64,000 bases of DNA from Chthoniobacteraceae bacterium. Lineage in GTDB: Bacteria; Verrucomicrobiota; Verrucomicrobiia; Chthoniobacterales; Chthoniobacteraceae. Below are positions 8,403-18,529 of the stretch, one piece after another. The stretch spans positions 140,041 through 204,040 of the forward strand of contig JANNWY010000170.1 in NCBI GenBank assembly GCA_031409335.1, in the 5' to 3' direction. Both the position numbers and the translations under genes were made by a program. Every line of letters starts with the position of its first letter. Positions within the stretch are counted from its first letter, which is position 1. Under the pieces are notes generated by a model. The model did no database searches and was not told the origin of the DNA. It saw nothing but the letters and a program-made list of their open reading frames with translations.

Positions 8403-10505
8403 ATGTCAGACTCAACGAACAACTCGAACGCGCAAGGCGACTCATCGCAGTCGGTTTTGTCGAAGATCCAACGCTATTCTTGGACGTTCAGGAAATGGTG
8501 GTGGGTGATCCTTATCACAACGGGTTTGGGAATCGCCTGGGCAGCATGGTCCAACTCGAAAAAGCCGCCAGCTTACCTTTCCCATGCTCGGATGATGGTC
8601 AGCGGCCGAATCGCGCTCCCCGAAGGTGCAACCCTCAACGAAAGCGGCGCGAACTTTTACGGGGACCAAATGAGGCTTATGGAAAGCTCAAAAGTGCGTC
8701 AACGCGCGGCAACCTTGGTGGAGAATAAATTCCAAGAGTTGCGTGCAAGCCCTGTATTCTTGACTGTTTCACTCGAGAAAGGAACCTCGTTTTTTAACCT
8801 CTCGGCCTTCGGTGAAGAACCAAACTATACGGAGGCTTTCTTGAATGCTTCAATGGAGGCATATATCAAGTTCAAGCGAGAAATGTGGGATGATCTCATC
8901 GCTAAGAAACAAATAGCGCTGGTCGAAGCTGAATTAAAGGAAGTAAAGGAACTGGACTCCGGATTCGCACAAATTATTGAATTCAAGAAACGCCATAGCG
9001 TTGCAGCACTTGAAGAAGAGGGCAATAGCGCCGCTAAGCGCCTCGCCCAGTTAAATGCAAGATTGGCGCAGAAAAAGGAGGATTATGATCTTCTTAAAGT
9101 CTTGGATGTTGAACAGAATATCGAGCGGAAGCAGCAAAGCCAGAATGGAGGCGACCCGAACGATCCCAACTCCGAGGCGATCCCCGCACCATCTGGAGCC
9201 GAGATGGAATACTTGAAGGCCAAACAGACTGTCGAAGAACTCAAAGCGGAGAAAATGCGAAGGAGTAAAGTAATGCGCCCAAAACATCCTTTGATGGTTC
9301 GAATCGCGGCTGAAATATCGAACCAAGAAAGCTTAATCCAGCTTTACTACGATCAGAGTCTTGTGATGCTTGCGAGCAAGCGGGAATCGATTCGATTGGA
9401 GATATTGAATCTGGAAAAAGCGGTTAAAGAACAAAGTGAGAAAACGTTAGAATCTGAGGGCCGTTTGGCTGAATTCGAAAAGATTCGGACGAAAGTGGAA
9501 CAGTCGAGATCACAGCAAAAGAGTCTCAATCTCAGCACCGAGAAAGTTGCGTTGGACGCACGACTTCAAGACGATGTGGTCAACATAATGGATCAAGCCT
9601 CTACGCCAGAGCTCACAAAAGCGGGTTTGATAAAGGATCTTTGCATTGGGGCGCTCTGCGGAGGAATGATTGGACTCGTGGTGGTCCTTATCATTGGGAC
9701 ATTGGACGATCGGGTAACGTCATCCATCGAACTGCGGGAACGATTTCCCGAAGTATTGCTCGGCCATATCCCGCTTGAGGTATCGACGGATGCTGGAAGG
9801 GTAAGCATGCTTACCGTCAACAACAAACAGGGCATCTTTGTTGAGGCCTATCGGAATCTCCGTTCAACGCTGCATTTTATGTCGCTTGAAGAACCGAGAC
9901 CCAAGGCATTTCTAGTCACGAGCGCTGTCCCTGGAGAAGGAAAATCGACAGTGGCAGTAAATCTTGGAATTATACTTGCCAGTGGCGGCTCCAGGACACT
10001 GTTGATTGACGCTGACTTAAGAAAGGGTCTCTTACATACCTACTTCAAAGTTGAATCGTCACCTGGATTAATTGAAGTATTGGATGGGTCCGTAAAGTGG
10101 CAGGATGCGTTGGTGGCGACCGATATAAAACATTTAACGCTCCTACCGCGCGGCAAGAGCAGCGTTGGACCAAGTGAATTTTTCATGTCCGAGGCATCTG
10201 ACCAATTCCTGAGAGAGGTTTATGCGGCGGGTTATGACCGTATCATCTTGGACAGTGCTCCAATCCTCGCCACAGATGATACGGCGTGCCTCGCTCCAAA
10301 GATCGACGCAACATTGTTTGTAGTTCGAGCTGAGGCAAGCTCAATGCGACTGACCCGCACTGCGCTGGACGCCCTTCACAAGCGACAGGTCAATGTTCTC
10401 GGACTGATTCTAAACGCGGCCAGCCTTCGCTCATCGGAGTATCAATACTACCATAAGTACGGGGACTACTATTCCGACACCGCTCAAGCTGCTTCTACAA
10501 CGTGA
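8403..10505 (+). CDS. wzc: Wzc-type polysaccharide co-polymerase / tyrosine autokinase
   Basis: Two TM helices flanking a coiled coil; Walker A SAVPGEGKST, LIDADLR, IILDSAP; C-terminal Tyr cluster YQYYHKYGDYY. Confidence 0.93.
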   Translation: MSDSTNNSNAQGDSSQSVLSKIQRYSWTFRKWWWVILITTGLGIAWAAWSNSKKPPAYLSHARMMVSGRIALPEGATLNESGANFYGDQMRLMESSKVRQRAATLVENKFQELRASPVFLTVSLEKGTSFFNLSAFGEEPNYTEAFLNASMEAYIKFKREMWDDLIAKKQIALVEAELKEVKELDSGFAQIIEFKKRHSVAALEEEGNSAAKRLAQLNARLAQKKEDYDLLKVLDVEQNIERKQQSQNGGDPNDPNSEAIPAPSGAEMEYLKAKQTVEELKAEKMRRSKVMRPKHPLMVRIAAEISNQESLIQLYYDQSLVMLASKRESIRLEILNLEKAVKEQSEKTLESEGRLAEFEKIRTKVEQSRSQQKSLNLSTEKVALDARLQDDVVNIMDQASTPELTKAGLIKDLCIGALCGGMIGLVVVLIIGTLDDRVTSSIELRERFPEVLLGHIPLEVSTDAGRVSMLTVNNKQGIFVEAYRNLRSTLHFMSLEEPRPKAFLVTSAVPGEGKSTVAVNLGIILASGGSRTLLIDADLRKGLLHTYFKVESSPGLIEVLDGSVKWQDALVATDIKHLTLLPRGKSSVGPSEFFMSEASDQFLREVYAAGYDRIILDSAPILATDDTACLAPKIDATLFVVRAEASSMRLTRTALDALHKRQVNVLGLILNAASLRSSEYQYYHKYGDYYSDTAQAASTT

Positions 10506-10671
10506 AGACAACCTTTGGTTGTTCGCTGTGAAGTTGCGAAAATCAATTTGAGGTCGCTGTCCGGAAATGTTTTTAACCGCTCGCAGATGAGGCACCGAAA
10601 CCATATTTATCCGGTAGCAGGATTTTTGTTCCGAGAGTGGGAAATCAGGCGATAGAAAAAACAATCTCAAT

Positions 10672-11529
10672 GTGCATTACGAGGTAGTCATTCGCCCAAA
10701 CAACAGTTGGCTGACTACTGACTGGCGTGATCTCTTAGCCTACCGCGATCTACTCTGGCAGTTTGTTCGGCGCGACTATACCGCACGCTTCAAACAAACG
10801 ATTCTCGGACCACTTTGGTTCATCCTGAACCCATTGATCACAACGGTTGTTTTTGCTGTGATCTTCGGACGTGTGATGGAGTCAACGCCACCAGGAATTC
10901 CGGCTTTAATCTTTTTCAATAGCGGTCTTATTGCTTGGAATTACTTCTCCGCCCTCCTTGCTTCCACAGGGAATACACTTCAGGGAAATGTTCATCTGTT
11001 CAGCAAAGTCTATTTTCCGCGACTGATCGTACCCATAGCGCAAGTCGTTTCCAATCTGATTGGATTGGCGGTGCAGATGCTTACCTTTGGATGCCTCGTT
11101 CTGTATGTGTGGCTAACCGACCCGGCATTTAAGAATCTTCAGTTTGGCTGGACCATCCTTTTACTTCCTCTATTGCTGCTTCATGTCGCTCTCCTTGCGC
11201 TTGGTGCTGGGCTTTTCCTTTCAGCCATTACCGCCAAGTATCGAGACCTCCAGAATCTACTCGGATTTTTTATTAACTCAATGATGTTCGTCACGCCAGT
11301 AATGTGGCCGCTTTCTACTCTTGAGGCGAAGTTTCCAGAAAGCTATGAACTGTTTATGATTCTTAATCCCATGATCAGCATCGTCGAAGGATTTCGCCTG
11401 GCGTTGATTGGGGCTGGATCGTTCTCTGCGACTTACTACACCTTGTCAGTTGTTTCGAGTATTGTGTTACTGTTTTGTGGCCTTGTGCTATTCGAACGTG
11501 CGGCCCGCTCCTTTGTAGATCAGGCATAG
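10672..11529 (+). CDS. wzm: Polysaccharide ABC transporter permease
   Basis: RDYTARFKQTILGPLW, SKVYFPRLIVP, NPMISIVEGFR; six TM segments. Confidence 0.92.
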   Translation: MHYEVVIRPNNSWLTTDWRDLLAYRDLLWQFVRRDYTARFKQTILGPLWFILNPLITTVVFAVIFGRVMESTPPGIPALIFFNSGLIAWNYFSALLASTGNTLQGNVHLFSKVYFPRLIVPIAQVVSNLIGLAVQMLTFGCLVLYVWLTDPAFKNLQFGWTILLLPLLLLHVALLALGAGLFLSAITAKYRDLQNLLGFFINSMMFVTPVMWPLSTLEAKFPESYELFMILNPMISIVEGFRLALIGAGSFSATYYTLSVVSSIVLLFCGLVLFERAARSFVDQA

Positions 11530-11532
11530 TCT

Positions 11533-12795
11533 ATGAGCGAGCCTATGATCTCTGTCCGCGGAGTGTCGAAGCGATACCGCCTCGGAACGGTTGGCATGAC
11601 CAGTTTGCGGGACGATTTACAACGGCTTTGGCGCTCTCCCACTTCGGATCCGTCGAACCACGGTGATTTCTGGGCGCTGAAGGATGTTTCATTTGACGTT
11701 GAGCCTGGCGAAATTGTGGGGCTTATTGGAAGGAACGGTGCTGGAAAAAGCACACTCCTGAAAGTCCTCTCGCGCATTACTGAGCCGTCTGCTGGCGAGA
11801 TACGTCTGCGTGGCCGAATCGGTTCACTTCTCGAAGTTGGCGCTGGATTTCATCCAGAGCTCTCGGGGCGCGACAATATCTACCTAAACGGTGCGATCCT
11901 GGGTATGAGCCGAGCCGAAATCACGCGCAAATTCGACGAAATCGTCGCGTTTGCTGAAATAGAGAAATTCATCGACACACCGGTCAAGCGATACTCCAGC
12001 GGGATGTATGTCCGTTTGGCGTTCGCCGTCGCCGCGCATTTGGAGCCTGAGATTTTGATAATCGACGAAGTTCTGGCCGTGGGCGATCAGCAGTTTCAAA
12101 AGAAGTGTCTTGGCAAGATGCAGGACGTTTCGCGCCGGGAAGGACGGACCGTGCTGGTCGTCAGCCACACGATGCCGGTGATCCTGCAATTGGCGCACCG
12201 CTGCGTGGTTCTTGAGCAGGGTGAAGTGCGCTTTACCGGAGCTCCGGCCAAGGCGGTCGAGATTTACCTGAACGAAACCGGAGCGGGAACCAGCGTCCAC
12301 TTTGACGTGGAGAATACGCAGCGCAAGTTCATGGGAACGCTCGACGCAAAAATCATTCATCTGCGCTTTCCGCGGACTCTTCCCATATTCGAGGCTCACG
12401 AGGATCTCAGATTCGTTGCGAAAATTCGCGCGCGGGATCGGATTGAGAATGCCAGGGTGAGCATGGTAGTGTTTGCCAGTGAAGGAACCCCGGTCGGAGC
12501 CTGCTTCAGCGATGGAGTCTTGCAACTCGGACCGGGTGAGGAAGCTGAACTTGAGGTAACTCTCTCGGATCCCGGCCTCGCTCCAGGCGCATACTACTGC
12601 GGCGTGGCGATCGGAAAGGGTTCTTATAAAACGGGACACATTGATTTCGATGTGGTTCTTGAAACGCTGCATTTCGAGGTCTGTGCCGCGCCGGGTGAGG
12701 ACACGGCGGTTTCACATTGGTGCCATCAGTGGGGACGCATCGTTTTCAAAGACCTGGCGGTTCGGCAGTCGAGCGCGGAACTGGCCGGCGTCTGA
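11533..12795 (+). CDS. wzt: Polysaccharide ABC transporter ATPase with C-terminal Wzt_C domain
   Basis: GRNGAGKST, YSSGMYVRLAF, IIDEVLAVGD, plus an Ig-like C-terminal extension. Confidence 0.95.
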   Translation: MSEPMISVRGVSKRYRLGTVGMTSLRDDLQRLWRSPTSDPSNHGDFWALKDVSFDVEPGEIVGLIGRNGAGKSTLLKVLSRITEPSAGEIRLRGRIGSLLEVGAGFHPELSGRDNIYLNGAILGMSRAEITRKFDEIVAFAEIEKFIDTPVKRYSSGMYVRLAFAVAAHLEPEILIIDEVLAVGDQQFQKKCLGKMQDVSRREGRTVLVVSHTMPVILQLAHRCVVLEQGEVRFTGAPAKAVEIYLNETGAGTSVHFDVENTQRKFMGTLDAKIIHLRFPRTLPIFEAHEDLRFVAKIRARDRIENARVSMVVFASEGTPVGACFSDGVLQLGPGEEAELEVTLSDPGLAPGAYYCGVAIGKGSYKTGHIDFDVVLETLHFEVCAAPGEDTAVSHWCHQWGRIVFKDLAVRQSSAELAGV

Positions 12796-12798
12796 GCG

Positions 12799-13542
12799 AT
12801 GAGCTGCGACTACTCCATCCACTACCAGCGATTCCACGACGACAGTGAGACCCATGCGATGGAGATGGCGGAATGGCTGGGCATCTATCTCAAAGCAGAT
12901 TTGCCCGAAGATCGCTCCCAGCCGGCTCTCGATGTCGGTTGTGGCTTCGGTTTCGCACTGCGGGCGCTGCGGGCTTCGGGATTTTCCGATGTGCGGGGAA
13001 TCGAAATCTCCGAGCACCAGGCCGAGATTTCCCGCCGGGGCGGCTTTGAAGTGCCGGTCGTATCGGATACTGTCGCATATCTGCAGGAACATCGGGCACG
13101 CTTCGGCCTCATCCTGCTGCTCGACGTGCTCGAACACGTCCCAGTATGTGCACAGATCCATCTGGCGCGCGCGATTCGGGAAGCCCTCCGGCCCGGCGGA
13201 CGCCTCATCGTGACTGTCCCGAACGCAAACTCACCCCTCGCCGCGCGGTGGCGTTACATTGATTTCACCCACTGCTGCAGTTTCACCGAGCACTCACTGT
13301 TCTTCGTTCTAAGCAATGCCGGTTTTGGCAACATCAAGATGGATAACAGCCAGGGAATTGGCGCGTTTCCAAAACGCTGGTGGCTGCGGGAACAGCGCGA
13401 CGCTCTGCGCAGGTGGCTGGTACGTTTCGCATGGCTGCAGGTGTTCAAATCGGAACTGCATCCAAGCGAGAAACTCAGCGATATTTGCTTTGAGTTGAAT
13501 CTGAAGGCTGTTGCCTTCAATGAGTCCGCCGTGTCGTCCTAG
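12799..13542 (+). CDS. Class I SAM-dependent methyltransferase
   Basis: ALDVGCGFG, DVLEHV, LRPGGRLIVTVPN. Confidence 0.9.
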   Translation: MSCDYSIHYQRFHDDSETHAMEMAEWLGIYLKADLPEDRSQPALDVGCGFGFALRALRASGFSDVRGIEISEHQAEISRRGGFEVPVVSDTVAYLQEHRARFGLILLLDVLEHVPVCAQIHLARAIREALRPGGRLIVTVPNANSPLAARWRYIDFTHCCSFTEHSLFFVLSNAGFGNIKMDNSQGIGAFPKRWWLREQRDALRRWLVRFAWLQVFKSELHPSEKLSDICFELNLKAVAFNESAVSS

Positions 13543-13561
13543 CCAATCGACGGCCGCATTT

Positions 13562-14332
13562 ATGAGGAACACGATCAGGCAGATAATGCTTCCTTTGCGG
13601 AAGGCGGCGAAACGCTTCGTGAATCCAGTTGCGGAAGTTGCCGCCCCAAACTATATCGCCTCCCAAGATTCCATTATTTACAAAGCGGCGAGCTTTGCCG
13701 CTGTGAACAAGGTGGAAGGCGATTACCTCGAATTTGGCGTATTCAGGGGGGCTTCTTACATTTCCGCGTATTACACCCTACGTCATTGCTTTGATGAAGT
13801 GATCAGCAGCTTCGGCTTCACCATGTCGGAGGCAGACAGAAAGCTGACCGCTTCCATTTTCGAGAAGATGCGTTTTTTCGCCTTCGATTCTTTTGAAGGT
13901 CTGCCCGCTGTCTCGGATGGCGACACGTCCGGCTTTTTTGAGAAAGGCCAGTTCAGCGCGAGCTACGATGAATTCCACCGGAATCTAAACGCCGTCGCAT
14001 TTCCGCAAAAGCGAAGCGTGGTAGTCAGCGGATGGTATGACAAGACTCTGACTCGCGCAGTGTATGACGAGCATCGCCTTGCCAAAGCGGCGATCGTTCA
14101 TATTGATTGCGACCTCTACGAATCGACCCGGTCTGTTCTCGAGTTTATTGCCCCGTTGCTGGTTGACGGCACCATTCTGATTTTCGACGACTGGTTCCAC
14201 TTTCATGGCCACCCTCAACGGGGAGAACAAAAAGCGTTCAACGAGTGGGCTGCGAAACTCACAGGCTGGTCTTTCTGCGACTATCAGCAGGAGGGAACCT
14301 GGCGGAAAAGCTTTATTGCGAACAAGCACTAA
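13562..14332 (+). CDS. TylF/MycF-family (sugar O-)methyltransferase
   Basis: GDYLEFGVFRG, FDSFEGLP, VHIDCDLYEST, FDDW, GEQKA. Confidence 0.88.
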   Translation: MRNTIRQIMLPLRKAAKRFVNPVAEVAAPNYIASQDSIIYKAASFAAVNKVEGDYLEFGVFRGASYISAYYTLRHCFDEVISSFGFTMSEADRKLTASIFEKMRFFAFDSFEGLPAVSDGDTSGFFEKGQFSASYDEFHRNLNAVAFPQKRSVVVSGWYDKTLTRAVYDEHRLAKAAIVHIDCDLYESTRSVLEFIAPLLVDGTILIFDDWFHFHGHPQRGEQKAFNEWAAKLTGWSFCDYQQEGTWRKSFIANKH

Positions 14333-14361
14333 CTTTCCCTGTCCAGTCTGAGCTTTACCGG

Positions 14362-15588
14362 TTGAATAGCAGGCCATCAGTTGCGCTCGTCAGCCGTTCC
14401 AACGCCAGCGGCGGAGGGGCGAGCCGGATTGCCGAGGAATTGGGAGAATGGCTGCTAGCTGCCGGGTCGCACGCCGTCCACTACTGCGCATCGCCAGTCG
14501 GGCCGCTGAAATCCTTCCAAGCCCAGCTCTTTCCTTCCGGCCTCGCAGGCAAACTCTCGCGCGCCACGCACCGCCTCACGCGTCGCTTCGGTCTGAACGA
14601 GCTTATTCCATCGGAGTTCTACGGGACGCTGTCAGGAGTGTTGGGAGAATTCGATGTTGTCCATTTTCACGATTTGAACGCCGCGATATCGCCCCTGACG
14701 CTTAAACTGTCTTCCCGAAAAAAGCGGGTGGTCTTCACTGCACATGACTGCTCCTGCTTTACAGGCGGCTGCATTTATCCGCTTCAATGCGAGAGCTATT
14801 TGAAAAGCTGCGGAAATTGTCCGCAACTGCCAGCGTTGGGAGCACGCTTCGATCTCACCGCGGTCAATCTTCGGATTAACCGCTGGCTGGCCCGGCAGGA
14901 ATCAATCCAATACGTTTTTCCATCGAAGTGGTTGCGGGAAAAGGCGTCGCGCAGCCTCCAATTCTCCCGGAATGCCGAGGTCATTCCCAATGGCTTTTGG
15001 TACGCAGGCTATGATTTTCGGTCAAAAGCAGTTGCGCGCCGGGAACTCGGAATCCGCGATGAGCGCAAGGTTATCCTGGTGGCGGCACACTACCTTGCTG
15101 ACCCGAGAAAAGGAGTGGCTTTTGCCCTGGCTGCGATTCAGGCGGTGAAAGATTTGGAGCCACTCGTGATCTTTGTCGGAAACCCGCCCAGCGATCTCGA
15201 AGTCAGGATGCCAGGGATATGCTTTTGGCTTGCTGGATTCGTCAGTGACAAACGGAAGCTGGGATCGATCTATTCGGCTTCGGATGTCTTTTTGTTTCCT
15301 TCATTGGAAGACAATCTGCCGATCATGGTGCAGGAAGCTATGGCGGCGGGAACTCCGGTTGTCGGGTTTGCCGTAGGTGGCGTTCCTGAAATGGTGGAGG
15401 ATCGCCGCACGGGATGGCTGTGCGCACCCGCCGATCAATCCGCACTCAATCAGAACCTGCGGGAAGCTCTCACCAGCGAGGATCTCCCGGGATTTGGAGT
15501 ATCTGCCCAAGCCGATGTGCGTGAACGTTTCAGTGTCGATGACTTCGGCAGGAAGCATCTGGAACTTTACGAGGAGATGGGAAAGTGA
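14362..15588 (+). CDS. GT4 glycosyltransferase (WcaC-like)
   Basis: HDCSCFTGGC, PSLEDNLP..VQEAMAAGTPVV..GGVPE. Start uncertain; TTG 14362 avoids overlap with the upstream gene. Confidence 0.88.
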   Translation: MNSRPSVALVSRSNASGGGASRIAEELGEWLLAAGSHAVHYCASPVGPLKSFQAQLFPSGLAGKLSRATHRLTRRFGLNELIPSEFYGTLSGVLGEFDVVHFHDLNAAISPLTLKLSSRKKRVVFTAHDCSCFTGGCIYPLQCESYLKSCGNCPQLPALGARFDLTAVNLRINRWLARQESIQYVFPSKWLREKASRSLQFSRNAEVIPNGFWYAGYDFRSKAVARRELGIRDERKVILVAAHYLADPRKGVAFALAAIQAVKDLEPLVIFVGNPPSDLEVRMPGICFWLAGFVSDKRKLGSIYSASDVFLFPSLEDNLPIMVQEAMAAGTPVVGFAVGGVPEMVEDRRTGWLCAPADQSALNQNLREALTSEDLPGFGVSAQADVRERFSVDDFGRKHLELYEEMGK

Positions 15589-17603
15589 AGTCCGCAGCAT
15601 CGTTTGACGTATTCGACACTCTTTTGACGCGCAGGGTCGCGACCCCGACGAGTCTGTTCATCATCCTTGGCGACCGTGCGATGCGGGCCGGATTGATCGA
15701 AGGCACGGCGTCACACTTCCGCGACCAGCGGATCAAGGCCGAGGAAGAAGCCCGGATGTCCAGTCCCGGGAGGGAAGTCACACTGGAGGATATTTACGGT
15801 GCTTTGACATCGAAGCTCGGAATAGCCGCGGAGGTCGGCCGTGCTTTGGCGCAGTTGGAAATGGACTTGGAAGCCGAGTCAATTACTCCGGTGCCCGCCG
15901 CGCATGAGATGGTGCGTGCGGCAAGGAGTCGGAATTCCGGGATAATCTTCATCTCGGATATGTATCTTCCAGCACCATTCATCCGCGCCCGACTGGAAGA
16001 GCATGGCTTCTGGCAGGACGGTGACCGGCTGTATGTTTCGAGTGAATGGAAGGCTTCCAAAGCGGAAGGTTCGCTATTCCAGACGATTCTCGTACGCGAG
16101 CAATTGCGTCCGGCGGCGGTTCATCACACCGGAGACCGGCGCGATGCGGATTTCGATCAACCTTTGAGATTCGGCATGAAGGCAAGCCACCTGGATGCCT
16201 GCCGTCTCACGCGCTACGAGGAAATGCTGGAGGAGTTCGCGGTGGAATCGGCTGGCTTTTCCTCGCTAGTCGCGGGAACGAGTCGCCTCGCGCGGTTGCA
16301 AAATCAGCCGGCGAACAAGCATGAAGCGACAATCTCCGAAATTGCCGGTTCGCTGATTTCGCCAGTCATCACATTCTACGCCCTGTGGCTTCTCCGGGAG
16401 GCCCGGAAGCGCGGGCTCCAAAGATTATACTTCGTCGCCCGCGACGGCTACCTCGTTAAGAAAGTGGCGGATGCCTTGATCCAGGCACTGGGTTTGAGTT
16501 TAGAGTCGCGCTACCTTTATGGCAGCCGCCAGGCCTGGCACCTTCCCGCAATCACCGATTTCTCGGCCGATTCCCTGTCATGGCTTTTCGAGAAGACCCG
16601 AACCCTGACCCTGCGCATCATCCTGGGCCGGTTGCAGACGGCTCCGGAGGACATGTCCGAAAATCTGACCTCGCTGGGCTGGCCTTCGTCGAAATGGGAT
16701 CGACGCCTTGATGACGAATCGTTGAACCAATTGCGCGGAGATTTGCTGGGGAGCACTGCCTTTCGCGGATACGTCGAAAAGCTGGTCGAATCGAAGCGGG
16801 AGACGACCGTGCGCTATCTGGAACAGGAGGGATTGTTCGACCCAACGCCGTGGGCCATCGTCGATCTCGGCTGGCATGGCCGGCTGCAACAATCGCTGGA
16901 GAAGTTGCTGGCGACGAAACAACCCGTAAAGACGGTGGGACTATACTTTGGGTTGTATTCGGATTCGCCGGCAATCGCACAGTTACAGACGGCTTCCTAT
17001 CTCGATTGGGATATGAGGAGTCCTCCTGAATCGAAAGACATTCCATCACTGGTTTTTCTCATGGAAAGCTTCTGCACGGCACCGCACGGCTCCACTGTCG
17101 GATATCAACTGCAGGCCGATCGCAATGTCGTTCCCCAATGCCGGGAGCAAGGTTTTGCACCACTCGAGAAATGGGGCATCGCTTCTGTCCATGCCACGGT
17201 CGAGGCTTTTGCGAAAAAGCTGGGAGAGCTTCGTCTGGACGACAAAATGATGGAGTGGGATGCGAAACCCGCCTTGCTTCAGATTTTGGGAGCATTTTCC
17301 AAAAATCCCCCGGCCGCAGAGGCTCGCGCATGGGGTGCGTTTCCATACGAGGATGAGCAGGCTGGCAGCGTGCGGGAACGACTTACCAAGGGTTACGAAC
17401 TTACTTGGGAGAACTTGCGAATAGCGCTGACGTTCGGCGATGAGCGATTGCTGCCGGCATCGTGGAATGTGCTTTGGCATGGCGGGCAAACGCACATGCT
17501 TTCCGTGAACAATGTGCTGCTAAGAATGGCGCTCAGGCTGGGGTCGACCAAGCGGGCGATGGGACAACTCGCACGGCGGTTTGTCAGCCTCCGAGTCTGT
17601 TGA
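15585..17603 (+). CDS. HAD phosphatase + phosphoribosyltransferase-like fusion; probable ribofuranosyltransferase
   Basis: N-terminal SFDVFDTLL, ISDMY, K, HTGD..DAD (HAD motifs); C-terminal LYFVARDG, YGSR and IVDLGWHGRLQ. Confidence 0.7.
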   Translation: MKSAASFDVFDTLLTRRVATPTSLFIILGDRAMRAGLIEGTASHFRDQRIKAEEEARMSSPGREVTLEDIYGALTSKLGIAAEVGRALAQLEMDLEAESITPVPAAHEMVRAARSRNSGIIFISDMYLPAPFIRARLEEHGFWQDGDRLYVSSEWKASKAEGSLFQTILVREQLRPAAVHHTGDRRDADFDQPLRFGMKASHLDACRLTRYEEMLEEFAVESAGFSSLVAGTSRLARLQNQPANKHEATISEIAGSLISPVITFYALWLLREARKRGLQRLYFVARDGYLVKKVADALIQALGLSLESRYLYGSRQAWHLPAITDFSADSLSWLFEKTRTLTLRIILGRLQTAPEDMSENLTSLGWPSSKWDRRLDDESLNQLRGDLLGSTAFRGYVEKLVESKRETTVRYLEQEGLFDPTPWAIVDLGWHGRLQQSLEKLLATKQPVKTVGLYFGLYSDSPAIAQLQTASYLDWDMRSPPESKDIPSLVFLMESFCTAPHGSTVGYQLQADRNVVPQCREQGFAPLEKWGIASVHATVEAFAKKLGELRLDDKMMEWDAKPALLQILGAFSKNPPAAEARAWGAFPYEDEQAGSVRERLTKGYELTWENLRIALTFGDERLLPASWNVLWHGGQTHMLSVNNVLLRMALRLGSTKRAMGQLARRFVSLRVC

Positions 17604-18529
17604 AAACCCCGGTTGTCTTCATCGTTTTCAACAGACCGGAACTAACTCGCCGGTCGTTTCAGCGCATCCGGGAGTCGCGTCCATCGAAGCTGCTGGTAGC
17701 GTGCGATGGAGCCCGACTGGATCGTCCCGAGGAACAAGGCAAGGTGGATGAAGTACGCGCGATTATCGCCAACGGAGTGGACTGGCCTTGCGAACTGCTC
17801 ACGAACTATTCGGATCAAAACATGGGCTGCCGAGAGCGGCCGAAATCGGGAATCGACTGGGCATTTTCACTGGTAGAGGAGGCCATTATTCTCGAAGACG
17901 ATTGCCTGGCCGATTTGTCCTTTTTCGCGTTTTGCGAAGAAATGCTGGAACGGTTCCGGGATGAGGATCGCGTGCTGCATATCAACGGAACAAACTATAT
18001 CGCTCCCCACATTTGCCCCGCAACTTCCTACTTCTTCAGCAAGTATATTTGGGTGTGGGGTTGGGCGACGTGGCGCCGCGCCTGGCAGCACTATGATTAC
18101 ACGATGGCGACTTGGGATGACTGTAGCCCGGCATTGAAAGAGAGCTTTGACACAAGCCGGGAGGAAGCCTTCTGGATGTCAACATTCGAGAAGGCGCGGA
18201 GGGACTGGCACGCAGCGCAAGCCTGGGACTTTCCGTGGATTTACTCATGCTGGACCCGCGGCGGCCTGTCCGTGGTGCCATCGGTCAATCTCGTCGAAAA
18301 CCTGGGCTTCGGACCGGATGCCACTCACACCATAGATCCATCATCGCACCACCTTCGCGTGGCCGCTGGAAATTTGCGCGTGCAACGGCATCCCGATCGC
18401 CTGCGGCGCAGCCGTCTGCGCGATGACATGATGTTTCGCGCATACGCCGGCGAGCGATTGAACTCGCTTGGGAATCTTTCAGGCGCCCTCCGCGTCCTGC
18501 AACGGCGGCTGGCTGGCGCGCGCGGATGA
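17600..18529 (+). CDS. HlpA-like nucleotide-diphospho-sugar transferase (GT-A)
   Basis: FIVFNRPE, ACDG, IILEDDC, WGWATWRRAW, NLVENLGFG. TTG start overlaps the upstream stop. Confidence 0.85.
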   Translation: MKTPVVFIVFNRPELTRRSFQRIRESRPSKLLVACDGARLDRPEEQGKVDEVRAIIANGVDWPCELLTNYSDQNMGCRERPKSGIDWAFSLVEEAIILEDDCLADLSFFAFCEEMLERFRDEDRVLHINGTNYIAPHICPATSYFFSKYIWVWGWATWRRAWQHYDYTMATWDDCSPALKESFDTSREEAFWMSTFEKARRDWHAAQAWDFPWIYSCWTRGGLSVVPSVNLVENLGFGPDATHTIDPSSHHLRVAAGNLRVQRHPDRLRRSRLRDDMMFRAYAGERLNSLGNLSGALRVLQRRLAGARG

